Shown: positions 1-9,410 of the stretch, piece after piece
Numbering within the stretch: the first letter of the stretch is position 1
How the letters are laid out: each line of letters begins with the position of its first letter
Virus record (IMG/VR): IMGVR_UViG_3300031355_000002
Span: 1-55,200 of that record
Reading direction: 5' to 3' (one strand)
From: a virus
Lineage: Duplodnaviria; Caudoviricetes
Length of the DNA: 55,200 nucleotides
The notes under the pieces: model-generated
Databases searched by the model: none
What the model was told of the DNA's origin: nothing
Seen by the model: the letters and a program-made list of their open reading frames with translations, nothing else
Program-made: the position numbers and the translations under genes

Positions 1-145
1 GTCGGATGCGGACAACCGCTTTCTTGCCCGCAGGCACCGCGCCAGGGAACTTGATGACGAGTTCTGTCTCGCCCGCCGGGATGTTAACCGTCTCGTTCGC
101 CTCGAACGTCTCCTGCTTGACTAGACTGACTTCTACCAATGCCAT
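1..145 (-). CDS. Partial virion-module protein (MALVEVSLVKQETFEANETVNIPAG..., runs off window)
   Basis: ATG at 145 preceded by GAAAGGA RBS; frame open to window edge; follows fibre gene. Confidence 0.7.
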   Translation of the reverse strand, partial: MALVEVSLVKQETFEANETVNIPAGETELVIKFPGAVPAGKKAVVRIR

Positions 146-201
146 TGTTCTGTCCTTTCGTGCCCGTCAAAGAGCAGCACCACCGTGGCGCTGCGAGTTT
201 C

Positions 202-2889
202 TTACGTTCGCCGCCCTATCAATGTGACCTTCAGTCCTGCTCCAGCAATCGTCGACCCGATCTGGTCGATGTCGATAGTGATTTCGGCATCATCAGCAAG
301 AGCCGCGTCGCTGATGACAGCGGGAGTGGTGGCTGTCGTCGACGTCTTTTCCGTGGCATCGATTGAGAGCTTCGTGGACAGGATGGATACGCCACCCTCG
401 TTGATGTCCACGATCAGGTCGGCACCTGTGGGCGCGGTGCCCACGCTTGCTCGCGGCGTCTCCGTCAGTGTGAATGCGTATGGCATTCGGAACGTCAGCT
501 TGGCCGCGCCGGTCGTGAGCGGAGTCGTCTCGTCGCTCACTGCGAAGATGATCGACTCGTTCGGCTTCCCCGCGATTGTGACGTCCGCTATGCCTGTCGC
601 CGCCACGATCACAGTGCCGGTAACCTCTGTTGCAAGCATGCGTAGGATAGTCCCAGCACCGACATTGTAGCCTGTGCACTTGCCAACAACCAAGCGCGCG
701 ATGGAAGTCGCCGTCGCGAGCTTGATAGTTCCCAGGTTTTCGACAAAGCCGTGGATGTTGCCGCCCGCTACCATGTTGATAGCTTCGCCCGAACCAGAAG
801 TGACCCACTGCGCGTCAATGAACAGGTTGCCGCCGGTCATGTTGATGGCGTTGCCGCTTCCGGTCGTGCACTGGATGCGGTTTGCTTTTACGTGAGTGTT
901 CCCCGCTCCGCTGTTCTCGAAGCAGTTAAGAGTCGCGTGCGTGCTGAGAATCTCGTCTGCCTCGATGTAACTAGCTCCGGATCCTGACTTCACTACTGTC
1001 GGGAATGCCCCGTCGTTGATGAAACGCCTCGCCACGACCCGCGAGTCCGTGATAAGCGTCTGCTTGCCCTTCAGCGTTGCGTGCGGCGCGTAGACGTTGA
1101 CCCACTGCGTGTGGATTATGTCCTCGTCGTACTCGGCGTCGTCGAGGACCTTGATGGTGATGGCCGTCGCTTCTGAGGAAGGGGAGAGCGCGGCAGCAGC
1201 AATTCTTGCGGCGTCAATCGTCAGCTTCGGCTTGTCCGGATAGGTGCCAGCATTCGCATCACTGCCGTGCTTGGCGACGTACAGGACCTGTTGGCGAACC
1301 CCGAAGAGACCTTCGGTTACAAACGTCGTGCCCTCACGATCGACTCGGGTTCGCTTGGTACTGCTCGCGTGCATGCTGTAGTCACCCAGCAAGTTGCCCG
1401 AGCACCTGTTGCCGATGTAGTTACAGCCGTCTGTCGCAGCCGATTCCGCGATCCCATAGCCGTTGTTATCGTGACAGGTATTGTTCCGGATGTCGATGTC
1501 GTCGCCTGCGTTCTCGATGCCGTTCTCTAGACACCCAGAAGCAGTGTTGTCGTCGATAGTCGAATCCGTCAGGCCACTTCCGATCTTCAGCCCGTCCTTG
1601 TGCCCGTTGATGAACTTGTTGTTGGTCACTTTGAACCGGGTGCCAGAATCGAGCCTCAAGCAATGCTCGTCGCCGGTGTTGTCGAAGATGTTGCCGATGA
1701 TCGTCACGTCCGATATGCCAGTGCCAGTTATCTCGGGCCCAGAGTTGCCAGATCCGTCGAACGTGATGTTGTTGACATCCATCACGATCTTCTTCGTGGT
1801 TCCAACGCTGTCGTTGATCCAGATCTGCTCTTGGATGTTGATGATCGTGTTGCCACGTATGACAACGTCTTCTATCTCCGCACCCGCCGCGCCGTAGAAT
1901 GCGATGCCCTGACTGCCGCCAGGAGTATCACGGTCAACGTAGTTGTACATGATTCGAACGGCATTGAGTTTGCGGTTGACCGCAATCGGCCACCTGAACA
2001 GTCCCTTGGTGGCCGCGCCGAACAGGTAGTTGCTTTCAACGGTCAGACCGATGACGTCGATGTCCTCCCCGTCCGCACGGACGAATGTGATCCCTCCGGT
2101 CGCGAAGTTCGCGGAGATGTTCCTGACGGTCAATCTGTTGATGACCGCAGCACCGGAACCTATCGGAGCGAAGAGCGGCGTCTGACCGCCAGCGCCTCCG
2201 TTGTACAGAACGCCGAAGCCTTCGAAGTTGATGTCGGACGCGGGAGCGGTGATGGCTATCGGGTTGTCGCCTGCGTAGGTGATGTCCAAGATGGACGCAG
2301 CCGAACCTCTAATGGATATGTTGCTCTTGCCGCTGATGTTGATCTGCGAGGCGACTGTGTGCGTACCGTCTGCGAGCCAGACGAACGAATTGCTGGAGAG
2401 GCCGTTGAGGATCGTGACCAGATCGTCGCCAGGCTCTACGATGTAGTACTTCTTCATCACCAACGAGCCGTCTGCCTTGCTTACGCCTATCTGACCGGCG
2501 ACCGAGGCCGTCAGCAGATTCTCGAGAGTTACTTCGTCGACCCCACCCTTCTCGTGTGTCGTGGCATGAGGTCCAAAAGATTCCTGTACCCACGCACTAC
2601 CATTGTACGTGAAATACTCAGTTTCTGCATTAACATAGGCGGTTAGGCCTACCACAGCGGAGGTGAATTCCCAAGTGGCTCCATTCCACTCCGCGACATT
2701 GTCCTCTTGTCCTGCCCAAGCACCAGTTGCTGTGGCAGCTACGATGTAGCGATCTCCGGGAGTTGGTGATCCGGGAGGAGATGAGGTGGTTCGGTTGATG
2801 ACCGGGTCCACCCATGTGATTCCTGCACCGCTCCCTAGAGCGCCTCCCCGAATGGGAACAGCAGTTCCGGCAATTATTGGACCCGGCAT
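202..2889 (-). CDS. Fibre/spike protein: DUF2793-like N-terminus, right-handed beta-helix (pectate-lyase-like) regions, C-terminal beta domain
   Basis: PPGSPTPGDRYIVAATATGAWAGQED N-terminal motif; repeated IxxNxI/GNxF beta-helix rungs; second helix start LYVAKHGSDANAG..KLTI; AGGAGG RBS. Confidence 0.8.
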   Translation of the reverse strand: MPGPIIAGTAVPIRGGALGSGAGITWVDPVINRTTSSPPGSPTPGDRYIVAATATGAWAGQEDNVAEWNGATWEFTSAVVGLTAYVNAETEYFTYNGSAWVQESFGPHATTHEKGGVDEVTLENLLTASVAGQIGVSKADGSLVMKKYYIVEPGDDLVTILNGLSSNSFVWLADGTHTVASQINISGKSNISIRGSAASILDITYAGDNPIAITAPASDINFEGFGVLYNGGAGGQTPLFAPIGSGAAVINRLTVRNISANFATGGITFVRADGEDIDVIGLTVESNYLFGAATKGLFRWPIAVNRKLNAVRIMYNYVDRDTPGGSQGIAFYGAAGAEIEDVVIRGNTIINIQEQIWINDSVGTTKKIVMDVNNITFDGSGNSGPEITGTGISDVTIIGNIFDNTGDEHCLRLDSGTRFKVTNNKFINGHKDGLKIGSGLTDSTIDDNTASGCLENGIENAGDDIDIRNNTCHDNNGYGIAESAATDGCNYIGNRCSGNLLGDYSMHASSTKRTRVDREGTTFVTEGLFGVRQQVLYVAKHGSDANAGTYPDKPKLTIDAARIAAAALSPSSEATAITIKVLDDAEYDEDIIHTQWVNVYAPHATLKGKQTLITDSRVVARRFINDGAFPTVVKSGSGASYIEADEILSTHATLNCFENSGAGNTHVKANRIQCTTGSGNAINMTGGNLFIDAQWVTSGSGEAINMVAGGNIHGFVENLGTIKLATATSIARLVVGKCTGYNVGAGTILRMLATEVTGTVIVAATGIADVTIAGKPNESIIFAVSDETTPLTTGAAKLTFRMPYAFTLTETPRASVGTAPTGADLIVDINEGGVSILSTKLSIDATEKTSTTATTPAVISDAALADDAEITIDIDQIGSTIAGAGLKVTLIGRRT

Positions 2890-2898
2890 AGCTTCCTC

Positions 2899-3192
2899 CT
2901 ATCCCATCTTCGGAATGTACCAGAGCTTCGTGCTGGAAGCTGCGGCGCATTGATGAATGATTGGACTTGCTTGCGCGGGGACCGGAATAGAGTCGTTGGG
3001 GTCGAGCCAGATTTCCCCGTCGTGTTGCGCATCGTCCTTGGCGAGAGAGTTGATACCCATGCCTAGATAGACACGAGCAATCCCGATATTGGTAAGACTT
3101 CCACCAACACCTTCCACCGTGATTCGGTGGAGAGTGTCGTCGCACTCGATGGTTGCCCACTTCTCATTGACTGTGATATTGGCAGCAGCCAT
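2899..3192 (-). CDS. Small beta-rich virion protein (possible capsid decoration or fibre adaptor)
   Basis: AAGGAGG RBS; lies directly after major capsid gene; function inferred from position only. Confidence 0.6.
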   Translation of the reverse strand: MAAANITVNEKWATIECDDTLHRITVEGVGGSLTNIGIARVYLGMGINSLAKDDAQHDGEIWLDPNDSIPVPAQASPIIHQCAAASSTKLWYIPKMG

Positions 3193-3212
3193 CTCATCCT
3201 CCTTTCGGAAAT

Positions 3213-3266
3213 GCGGCTAGGGGCACCTGTTCGCTCGCGCTACTAAGGTGCCCCCGAGATGGCCGC
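3213..3266 (-). terminator. Stem-loop downstream of major capsid gene
   Basis: ggggcacct 3220-3228 / aggtgcccc 3246-3254 perfect arms; outer gcggcta/tggccgc arms. Confidence 0.5.
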
Positions 3267-4366
3267 TAGTTGTTGACGCCGCTCTGGCGAGCGAGGCCGA
3301 GGCCTGACTCGAGAACGACAGCGGTGTACCACTTCACGCGGTACCTTCGAGCGTCCTTGGTCTCCAGGGCCCCGATGTCCTCCACTTCCACCGTCGGAAG
3401 CGTACGAGACACGAGTCCGTGGAAGCCCTCTTCCTCATCCATTGCGGCGTAGAGGATGGAGGCGTGAGTCGCCGCTCGAGTCGTCCACGTCACGGTGTTA
3501 TCCACCGTGGTGTTGCCGGGTGTGGTATCCCACGACGGCTCTGAGCTGCCGGAGGTTCCACCAGTCGTCGCTTCGAAGAGCAGCCCGGTGTTGCCAGTCA
3601 CCGAGGTGACCTTGGCGCCCGTTGCGTAGACAGTCGAGACTGCCCATACCGACAGCGTTGCTCGGCTGGTGCCCGACGGGTCTTCGTCAATGGGGATCCA
3701 GTCGTTCTTCAGGATCGGACGACCGCGGTACGCCGAGAACACGGTCCCGCCAATCTCGAGCGTCTCGGGCGTGGTGCCACCGAGTGCCCTCTGAAGAGCG
3801 ATATACGACCGGAGCGTCCGAGAGTTCATCACGAATGCCCGCATTCCGCCGACCTTGACTGCGTCGATGAGCCAGTCGAGATCGTCGTAGCCGAGTGCAG
3901 CTCCGGCGGCGCCATTGTCCTGGTTCTGCGTTGCAGCCAGGCCCGAGGCGATCTTGAGCATTCCGTCGAACTCGTTTGCGTCCACGGCAGAGTCGCCGGT
4001 GATCATCTTCTCTGCGAACAGACGGCCGACAACCTTCGACTTCTTGCTGATCTGCACAGCAGTCTGGTTGTTGGTGTCCGACGTCTGCGACTGCAGATAC
4101 TGGTCCACGTCGACCTGGCCGATGATCCGGCGCAGTTCCTGGGACAGCTTGGTGAACGTCGCTGCCGACTCGGACAGCGTGTCATTCACCGCGTAAAACG
4201 CCGCGGAACCCAGGTCGTTCTCGCGGTTGTAGTCATACGACTTGCCATCGAACGGCTTGAACGGCACGACACCGAACAGGTCGTCACTTGTGATGACGTT
4301 GTCGATGACGCCTGCCTGAAGCTCAGGCAGTGACAACTTTTCTGCTTCCGTTTTCAGGAGAGCCAT
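3266..4366 (-). CDS. Major capsid protein (HK97 fold) with an internal insertion of about 60 aa
   Basis: GVIDNVIT..LFGVVPF..FDG.SY.YNRE, DANEFDG, LDWLIDAV, YRGRPILKNDWIP, RYRVKWY motifs; follows scaffold; start set to ATG 4366 with AAGGA RBS. Confidence 0.9.
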   Translation of the reverse strand: MALLKTEAEKLSLPELQAGVIDNVITSDDLFGVVPFKPFDGKSYDYNRENDLGSAAFYAVNDTLSESAATFTKLSQELRRIIGQVDVDQYLQSQTSDTNNQTAVQISKKSKVVGRLFAEKMITGDSAVDANEFDGMLKIASGLAATQNQDNGAAGAALGYDDLDWLIDAVKVGGMRAFVMNSRTLRSYIALQRALGGTTPETLEIGGTVFSAYRGRPILKNDWIPIDEDPSGTSRATLSVWAVSTVYATGAKVTSVTGNTGLLFEATTGGTSGSSEPSWDTTPGNTTVDNTVTWTTRAATHASILYAAMDEEEGFHGLVSRTLPTVEVEDIGALETKDARRYRVKWYTAVVLESGLGLARQSGVNN

Positions 4367-4407
4367 CGTCACAATCCTTCCTTGGCCACACGGAAGCAAT
4401 CTACTCG

Positions 4408-5364
4408 CTAGATAGCGGAGTTGCCTCCGGGAGTGGCCTGATTCTTTGCAAGTCCCGCGGCAATCTTGTCAGTGGGTGACAAATGCGATGTGTCTTTTCC
4501 ACCAACTTGAGTACCACCCTGTCGATGGCCGGTTCCGCCTATACGCTTAACGATGAAGAGGTTGGCAAATTCGTCTTGCCCTTTCATGTGCTCGACGTAC
4601 TGGTCGACGGTCATATTCTTCATGACCATCTTGTCGCCCTCTTTGACTTCCGCGTCGATGGAAGTCTTGAAGATGCTAGTACCATTACCGTCGTCGTCCA
4701 GCACCTCGGTGACTTTGACCTTCGGAGCAATGAGACCTACAAGCTGCTTCGCGTTGTAGGCATCATGCTTCGACGCTGCTCGGAGAATCGCGTTCTCCCT
4801 GCGGTCATCCTCGTACCGCCCCTTCCACGTGTCACGTTCAGCAGAAACACCATCTAGTTCCGTCCTGTGCTTCTCGTCGGCTCGCTTCTTCTCGGCTTCG
4901 GCCTTCTCGCGCTCGGTCAAGAGTTCGGCCTGAAGACTTGCAGCCCGGTCGTCCAACTTCTTTCGCTGGGCTTCCGTCAGATCCTTCGCCTTCTTGAGCT
5001 GGTTGACTTCATCCAACTGCTTCTGGATCTGCTGTTTGTACTTCGCCTCCATCTTGTCCTTCTCGCGCTTGAGGATGGCGTTGACCTGCTTCTGATTGAA
5101 AGTGTTTCCGTCACCGTCTCCGCCACCAGAGCCGGAGCCAGACCCACTCCCGTCACCGCTGCCATCGCCATCACCATCGCCAGAACCACCGGTGCCACCG
5201 TCACCGTCTCCGGATCCACCAGCACCTGAACCAGCCCCCGCTCCATCGCCGTCTCCTTCGTGATGACGGAAACTGCGAGTCGGGTTGAACGACTCCAAAC
5301 GTCTCGGCTGCATCCACGACACGAACCTCTGACCTGCTGCACGATTGAAACGATACCGACCCAT
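4408..5364 (-). CDS. Capsid scaffolding protein
   Basis: Gly/Asp low-complexity N-terminus, TFNQKQVNAILKRE then long coiled coil, C-terminal SPTDKIAAGL; immediately upstream of MCP; AAGGAG RBS. Confidence 0.85.
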   Translation of the reverse strand: MGRYRFNRAAGQRFVSWMQPRRLESFNPTRSFRHHEGDGDGAGAGSGAGGSGDGDGGTGGSGDGDGDGSGDGSGSGSGSGGGDGDGNTFNQKQVNAILKREKDKMEAKYKQQIQKQLDEVNQLKKAKDLTEAQRKKLDDRAASLQAELLTEREKAEAEKKRADEKHRTELDGVSAERDTWKGRYEDDRRENAILRAASKHDAYNAKQLVGLIAPKVKVTEVLDDDGNGTSIFKTSIDAEVKEGDKMVMKNMTVDQYVEHMKGQDEFANLFIVKRIGGTGHRQGGTQVGGKDTSHLSPTDKIAAGLAKNQATPGGNSAI

Positions 5365-5431
5365 CTTGCTGCTCCTTTCGACTCCCGCCTATTTCGCCCG
5401 GCGGTTAGGCTAAAGGTCGGGAACGCCCCGA

Positions 5432-5917
5432 CTATACTCTTGTCAAGTCAATGGCCTCATCGCTTATCCACGGCGCAAGCAAACGCGCAGCGGTTGGGCT
5501 GGGTAGTCCGAAGTTGTCGTCGGCGAGCGCCATGCTACCACGACCCGTGTCGTAGGTCTCAGCAGCGTCACCAACTTTCTTGGACTTAAGACCGGCCTTG
5601 CTTGACAGTTGTTCAAGTGTCTTGCCTTGAAGAAAAGCTATTGCGAGTTCGCAACAGGCGTCTTGCACTTCAGTGGGTACATCACCGGACTCGTCGGCAC
5701 ACCCATCATCAACGCTCCGGGGAAACTCACGAGCCTGGTCGGGGTCACACTTCTCATCGACGAGTGGGAGGAGGTCAATCATGCGAGTGGCTTGCTTCAA
5801 CCCCTTGACCCTGTCCGCTGAGTCTGCATCATCCCATGCAGCAGAGTTGAGCCTCTCAGCAAAGTAGGCGGTGCCATATGTCTCGTCAGCGTACGGTGTG
5901 ATTGATGCGTATGTCAT
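5432..5917 (-). CDS. Head-tail connector/adaptor (DnaT-like phage family)
   Basis: AYFAERL..AWDDAD..DR.K.LKQATRMID...FPR...VP.EVQDACCELA pattern. Confidence 0.7.
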   Translation of the reverse strand: MTYASITPYADETYGTAYFAERLNSAAWDDADSADRVKGLKQATRMIDLLPLVDEKCDPDQAREFPRSVDDGCADESGDVPTEVQDACCELAIAFLQGKTLEQLSSKAGLKSKKVGDAAETYDTGRGSMALADDNFGLPSPTAARLLAPWISDEAIDLTRV

Positions 5918-6255
5918 TACAGGTGCGCCCCTTCCTGCTCGACTAACGTCGGCATCTCCTCAGCGTCAGGGAAGACGAATCGGAGGTCACCCTCAAACTC
6001 TGACGAGAGCAGCGACAGCGCATATTGCGTACCCTCGTAGTACTGGCTGAGATTCTGTGGGAACAGCCCACCTGAGACACTAATCTCGAACCGGTTGTTA
6101 AAGATCACGTCTTCGATCTGCCTCTTAATGAAATCGTCTTCCACCACGACGCTCAACGATTCCATCAACCACTCTTCAGGCCGAGACCAGAAGAATTCGA
6201 GTGAGCCTATGTGCTCATCGAAGTGAAACACTTGTATGGCAACGGTCAGCGCCAT
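5917..6255 (-). CDS. Small acidic protein coupled to MuF gene (candidate immunity protein)
   Basis: ATG overlaps MuF stop (TAATG at 6253-6257); 112 aa. Confidence 0.6.
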   Translation of the reverse strand: MALTVAIQVFHFDEHIGSLEFFWSRPEEWLMESLSVVVEDDFIKRQIEDVIFNNRFEISVSGGLFPQNLSQYYEGTQYALSLLSSEFEGDLRFVFPDAEEMPTLVEQEGAHL

Positions 6256-9083
6256 TAGTAACCTCGCAAGAATGCCCACATCATTCGGAAATGCTCGTAG
6301 TCCTTCGTGAGCATGTTGGTAAAGTCTGTGGAATCCGCGAGTGGACCAACACCCATGCTGGTCACTTCGTGGATCCCATCTGAATACACCCGGCCAACGT
6401 ACTCGTCGTAGAACTTATCCCTCTTGACCTTCTCGCGTCGATACCTTCGTCTCGGAACCGGTCGTTCGCCCACAGTGCGAGCAGAGCTCCAACTCAACGA
6501 CCTCCTTCGTTGGTGACGATTCCTGTACTCCAGGTGATGCCCAAACTCGTGCCAGATGGTATTCTTCGACTCCTTCAACTGGTACTGGACTTGGTTGATA
6601 CTCTTCCAAGCAGCAGCACGTACACGCCGCTCGAATAGATACGTTATACGGTTCAACTGACTGTCTTCAAGGATTGATTCATCACAGGCCCGCAGAATCT
6701 GGTCCATCCACTGTCTGTATTGTTTCGCTTGATCTGGGCTCACCCCTCCTGAGGCCAGCTGATCAGCAAAGTTTCTGTAGATTTTTCGCCTGGTCTCCGT
6801 GAGAGCAATGCCTTCACCCTGTCCATTGAGTTGGGCGAGAGCCTTAAGCACATCATCAGGGTTCAAGACTTTTGCCTGGCTTTCACCAAACATCAGTGAG
6901 TCAAGCTCAGCCTTAGCCCTTTCGAGCGCCTGCTCAAGATTACGCTCCCGCTTGGTTACTTTCTTCATCCTACCAAGCTGTTGCTGGCGGTAAGTCAGTG
7001 ACTTCTCTGAGAAGCTCTCGCGAGTTTTCCTCAGCTTCTGCTGTAGGGTGCTGACTTGGTTACCGAGCTTAAGCTCTCGATCTGCGATTCTCGCTAGCTC
7101 CCCACTCAACTCCTTGGACTTGTCGAAGTCCCTGTTACGAATTGCCCGCTGCTTCTCACGTCGTACCCTGTTGTACTCTTGAGTCGCTGACTTGCGTTTC
7201 TTCTTCGCTTCAGCAGCGGCCTTCTCGAGATCCTCTACCTCTTTGGACAATGCCTTCAAATCGTCCGGGATCGCAATGTCATCCGGGACGTTAGCTGGTT
7301 TTGGTGCCTTGGGCCCAGGCTTCTTCTTTGCCACAGGTTTGCGGCCCTTTGTTTTGGGCACAGGCTTGATGGGTTTCAAGTCGGCCTTTAGGGCATCAGG
7401 CACCTTGCGTTTGAATGAGCGAGCACGTTTTGCCAGACGACTACGCGACTTCTTGAACTCGCCAAGTTGCGCAAGTAGCCCCGCATCGTCAGGCGTCTTC
7501 TCAAGGCCTGCCAACGTGCTGCGTATGTTATTGTCTATGTCGTCGATCTGGTCCACCAGGCCATTGTAGACCTGCGCGTCACGATTGACAAGCTTGGGCT
7601 TCGGAGCAGGAGGTTTTGGAGGCGTAGGTGGTTTTGGAGGTCGTGGCCCACCACCTGGGAGCTTACGCATAATACCGCGCTTCTTCTTCATGAGCTTTGC
7701 GCGTTGCTTCTTCAGTTCCGACTTGGACGCCTCCGATGCAGTTGCAATCTTCCCTTCGACCTCTTCAATCTCTGCCTTAACTTCTTCCAGTTGACGTTCC
7801 GCCCTTGCAATCTTCTTGGGATCGGTAAGCTTGGGAGGCGGGGCCTCAGCAAATGTCTCGAGTGCTTCTTGACCTTCGGTAGGTGGATCGTACCAAAGGT
7901 CCTTCGCAATAGCCCGGTCCTCAGCAAGTATTCGACCTTCAGATGGAACGCGGATTCCCTTGGCACGGGCAAGCGCCTGTACTTCAGCGTTGCGCGGATT
8001 GAGTGCGGCCGCTCTTCGAATAATCTGTCTATCGGTGCGACGTTTAAAGTCTGGACCAATGATGTCATCAAAGCCGATGATGCCCTTTCTAAAGAGCTCG
8101 CTTTTCGTTTTGCTTCCTGTAAGAGCTCGCGTCGTAAGTGATGGCTGCTTTCGAGCCCACTCGTCAGCAGTTGTGCCACCTCGGATGAAACCATCACTCT
8201 CAACTGTATGATCTCCCCTGACCTTGTAATTCCGTACCCGTGTAATATCTTCATCCATGAGCTCCTGAATCTCTGGGTCTCGAAATACTGGGACGAGAAT
8301 GGATCGACAATTCCAGTGAGCGGGAGGCCCGGGCGGTATATCTTCTAAGCCCCACGTCCGACCATGCAGCATCATGCATATCTCGGAGGTACGATCATCC
8401 AGCACAGCCTCCCATCGATACCCGGCGAAGATATCTGAGTTCGCTTGGATGATGGCCTTCTGCGCATCGTTGTATGCTGCGTTGAGATTGGTGCGAGCGA
8501 CTCTCTCGGCCGCTGCTCTGTCAATGTCAAGAGCTTCACCGATCTTGGTGGCTGTGTCACGAACTGACTCACCATTGACGACTGAGTTGGTCAAGATGTT
8601 ACGCACCTGCTGCTGTGCATCGTTGACTGTGTTGGCGAGCGCAGTGCCGGGACCGACACCCATCACTGGATGTTCAGCCGCAGCATACGCTGCTTCTGGG
8701 AAGATCTGCGAGAAGGAGCCAGATATCTGTGTGCGTATGTCACCGGGCAATGACTTCGCTGCAAGCTCAAAGTCACCGACAGCCAAGTCGAAGGAAGCCT
8801 CTTTCATCGAGAGCAGAGAGGTATTGACTTGACCGAACCCGCGCTTAAGCAGGTCATTGACATCTCGTACTGTGCCTTTGGCCTTTGCAATAGCTCCGGG
8901 CGAGTCGATGTACTTCCCAGCCTTGGTGTATTCACGCATATTCTCTCGAATAGTGCGCTGAGCTTTGCGCTTGACCGAGAGAAGCTGCTTCCGTAGGATC
9001 TCCGCTTGCACTTCCTCAACAGGTCGGAAGGCGTCATGTCGATCTATGAGTTGCTGGTAGAACGTCCTCGGTTTCTTCGCCAT
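6255..9083 (-). CDS. Minor head morphogenesis protein (MuF/SPP1 gp7) with long extension and C-terminal HExxH domain
   Basis: AERVARTN..AYN, YRWEAVLDDRTSEIC, PPAHWNCRS MuF motifs; coiled coils and Pro/Lys linkers; IWHEFGHHLE and HEVTSMG near C-terminus. Confidence 0.85.
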   Translation of the reverse strand: MAKKPRTFYQQLIDRHDAFRPVEEVQAEILRKQLLSVKRKAQRTIRENMREYTKAGKYIDSPGAIAKAKGTVRDVNDLLKRGFGQVNTSLLSMKEASFDLAVGDFELAAKSLPGDIRTQISGSFSQIFPEAAYAAAEHPVMGVGPGTALANTVNDAQQQVRNILTNSVVNGESVRDTATKIGEALDIDRAAAERVARTNLNAAYNDAQKAIIQANSDIFAGYRWEAVLDDRTSEICMMLHGRTWGLEDIPPGPPAHWNCRSILVPVFRDPEIQELMDEDITRVRNYKVRGDHTVESDGFIRGGTTADEWARKQPSLTTRALTGSKTKSELFRKGIIGFDDIIGPDFKRRTDRQIIRRAAALNPRNAEVQALARAKGIRVPSEGRILAEDRAIAKDLWYDPPTEGQEALETFAEAPPPKLTDPKKIARAERQLEEVKAEIEEVEGKIATASEASKSELKKQRAKLMKKKRGIMRKLPGGGPRPPKPPTPPKPPAPKPKLVNRDAQVYNGLVDQIDDIDNNIRSTLAGLEKTPDDAGLLAQLGEFKKSRSRLAKRARSFKRKVPDALKADLKPIKPVPKTKGRKPVAKKKPGPKAPKPANVPDDIAIPDDLKALSKEVEDLEKAAAEAKKKRKSATQEYNRVRREKQRAIRNRDFDKSKELSGELARIADRELKLGNQVSTLQQKLRKTRESFSEKSLTYRQQQLGRMKKVTKRERNLEQALERAKAELDSLMFGESQAKVLNPDDVLKALAQLNGQGEGIALTETRRKIYRNFADQLASGGVSPDQAKQYRQWMDQILRACDESILEDSQLNRITYLFERRVRAAAWKSINQVQYQLKESKNTIWHEFGHHLEYRNRHQRRRSLSWSSARTVGERPVPRRRYRREKVKRDKFYDEYVGRVYSDGIHEVTSMGVGPLADSTDFTNMLTKDYEHFRMMWAFLRGY

Positions 9084-9409
9084 TAGTCAACCTCTAGAAG
9101 ATCAACCGTCTTTCCTGCTAGCTCGTGTGTGCAGTCATTAAGGAACTGGATTTTACCATCAGTGATAAACGAGTGACACCTGGGTCGACCATCGCCACCT
9201 TCTGTCAACACTGACGGTTTAAACGTTGGCTTCTCAGTGCTGCCATTCCAAGTCCAGCATGGAGTCCCCGCCCTAGTTGTGTTGCCCATGACAACTGGCA
9301 GGATCCGGTATGGGTAGGGACCAGGAACGTTAAGCTTCACATGAGTTGCCTCAGCAGGCTCACATGGGCGATATGTGTTCCCGTCTTGCTTGAGAGGTTT
9401 CGCTTTCAT
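9083..9409 (-). CDS. DUF6527-like protein
   Basis: WTWNGS.EKPTFKPSVL...RCHSFITDGKIQFLNDCTHELAG motif. Confidence 0.7.
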   Translation of the reverse strand: MKAKPLKQDGNTYRPCEPAEATHVKLNVPGPYPYRILPVVMGNTTRAGTPCWTWNGSTEKPTFKPSVLTEGGDGRPRCHSFITDGKIQFLNDCTHELAGKTVDLLEVD

Positions 9410-9410
9410 C

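Noticed and set aside
5100-5260. Gly-Asp runs in the scaffold and SSB as collagen or a mobile repeat
   Set aside because: No Gly-X-Y periodicity; ordinary low-complexity linkers
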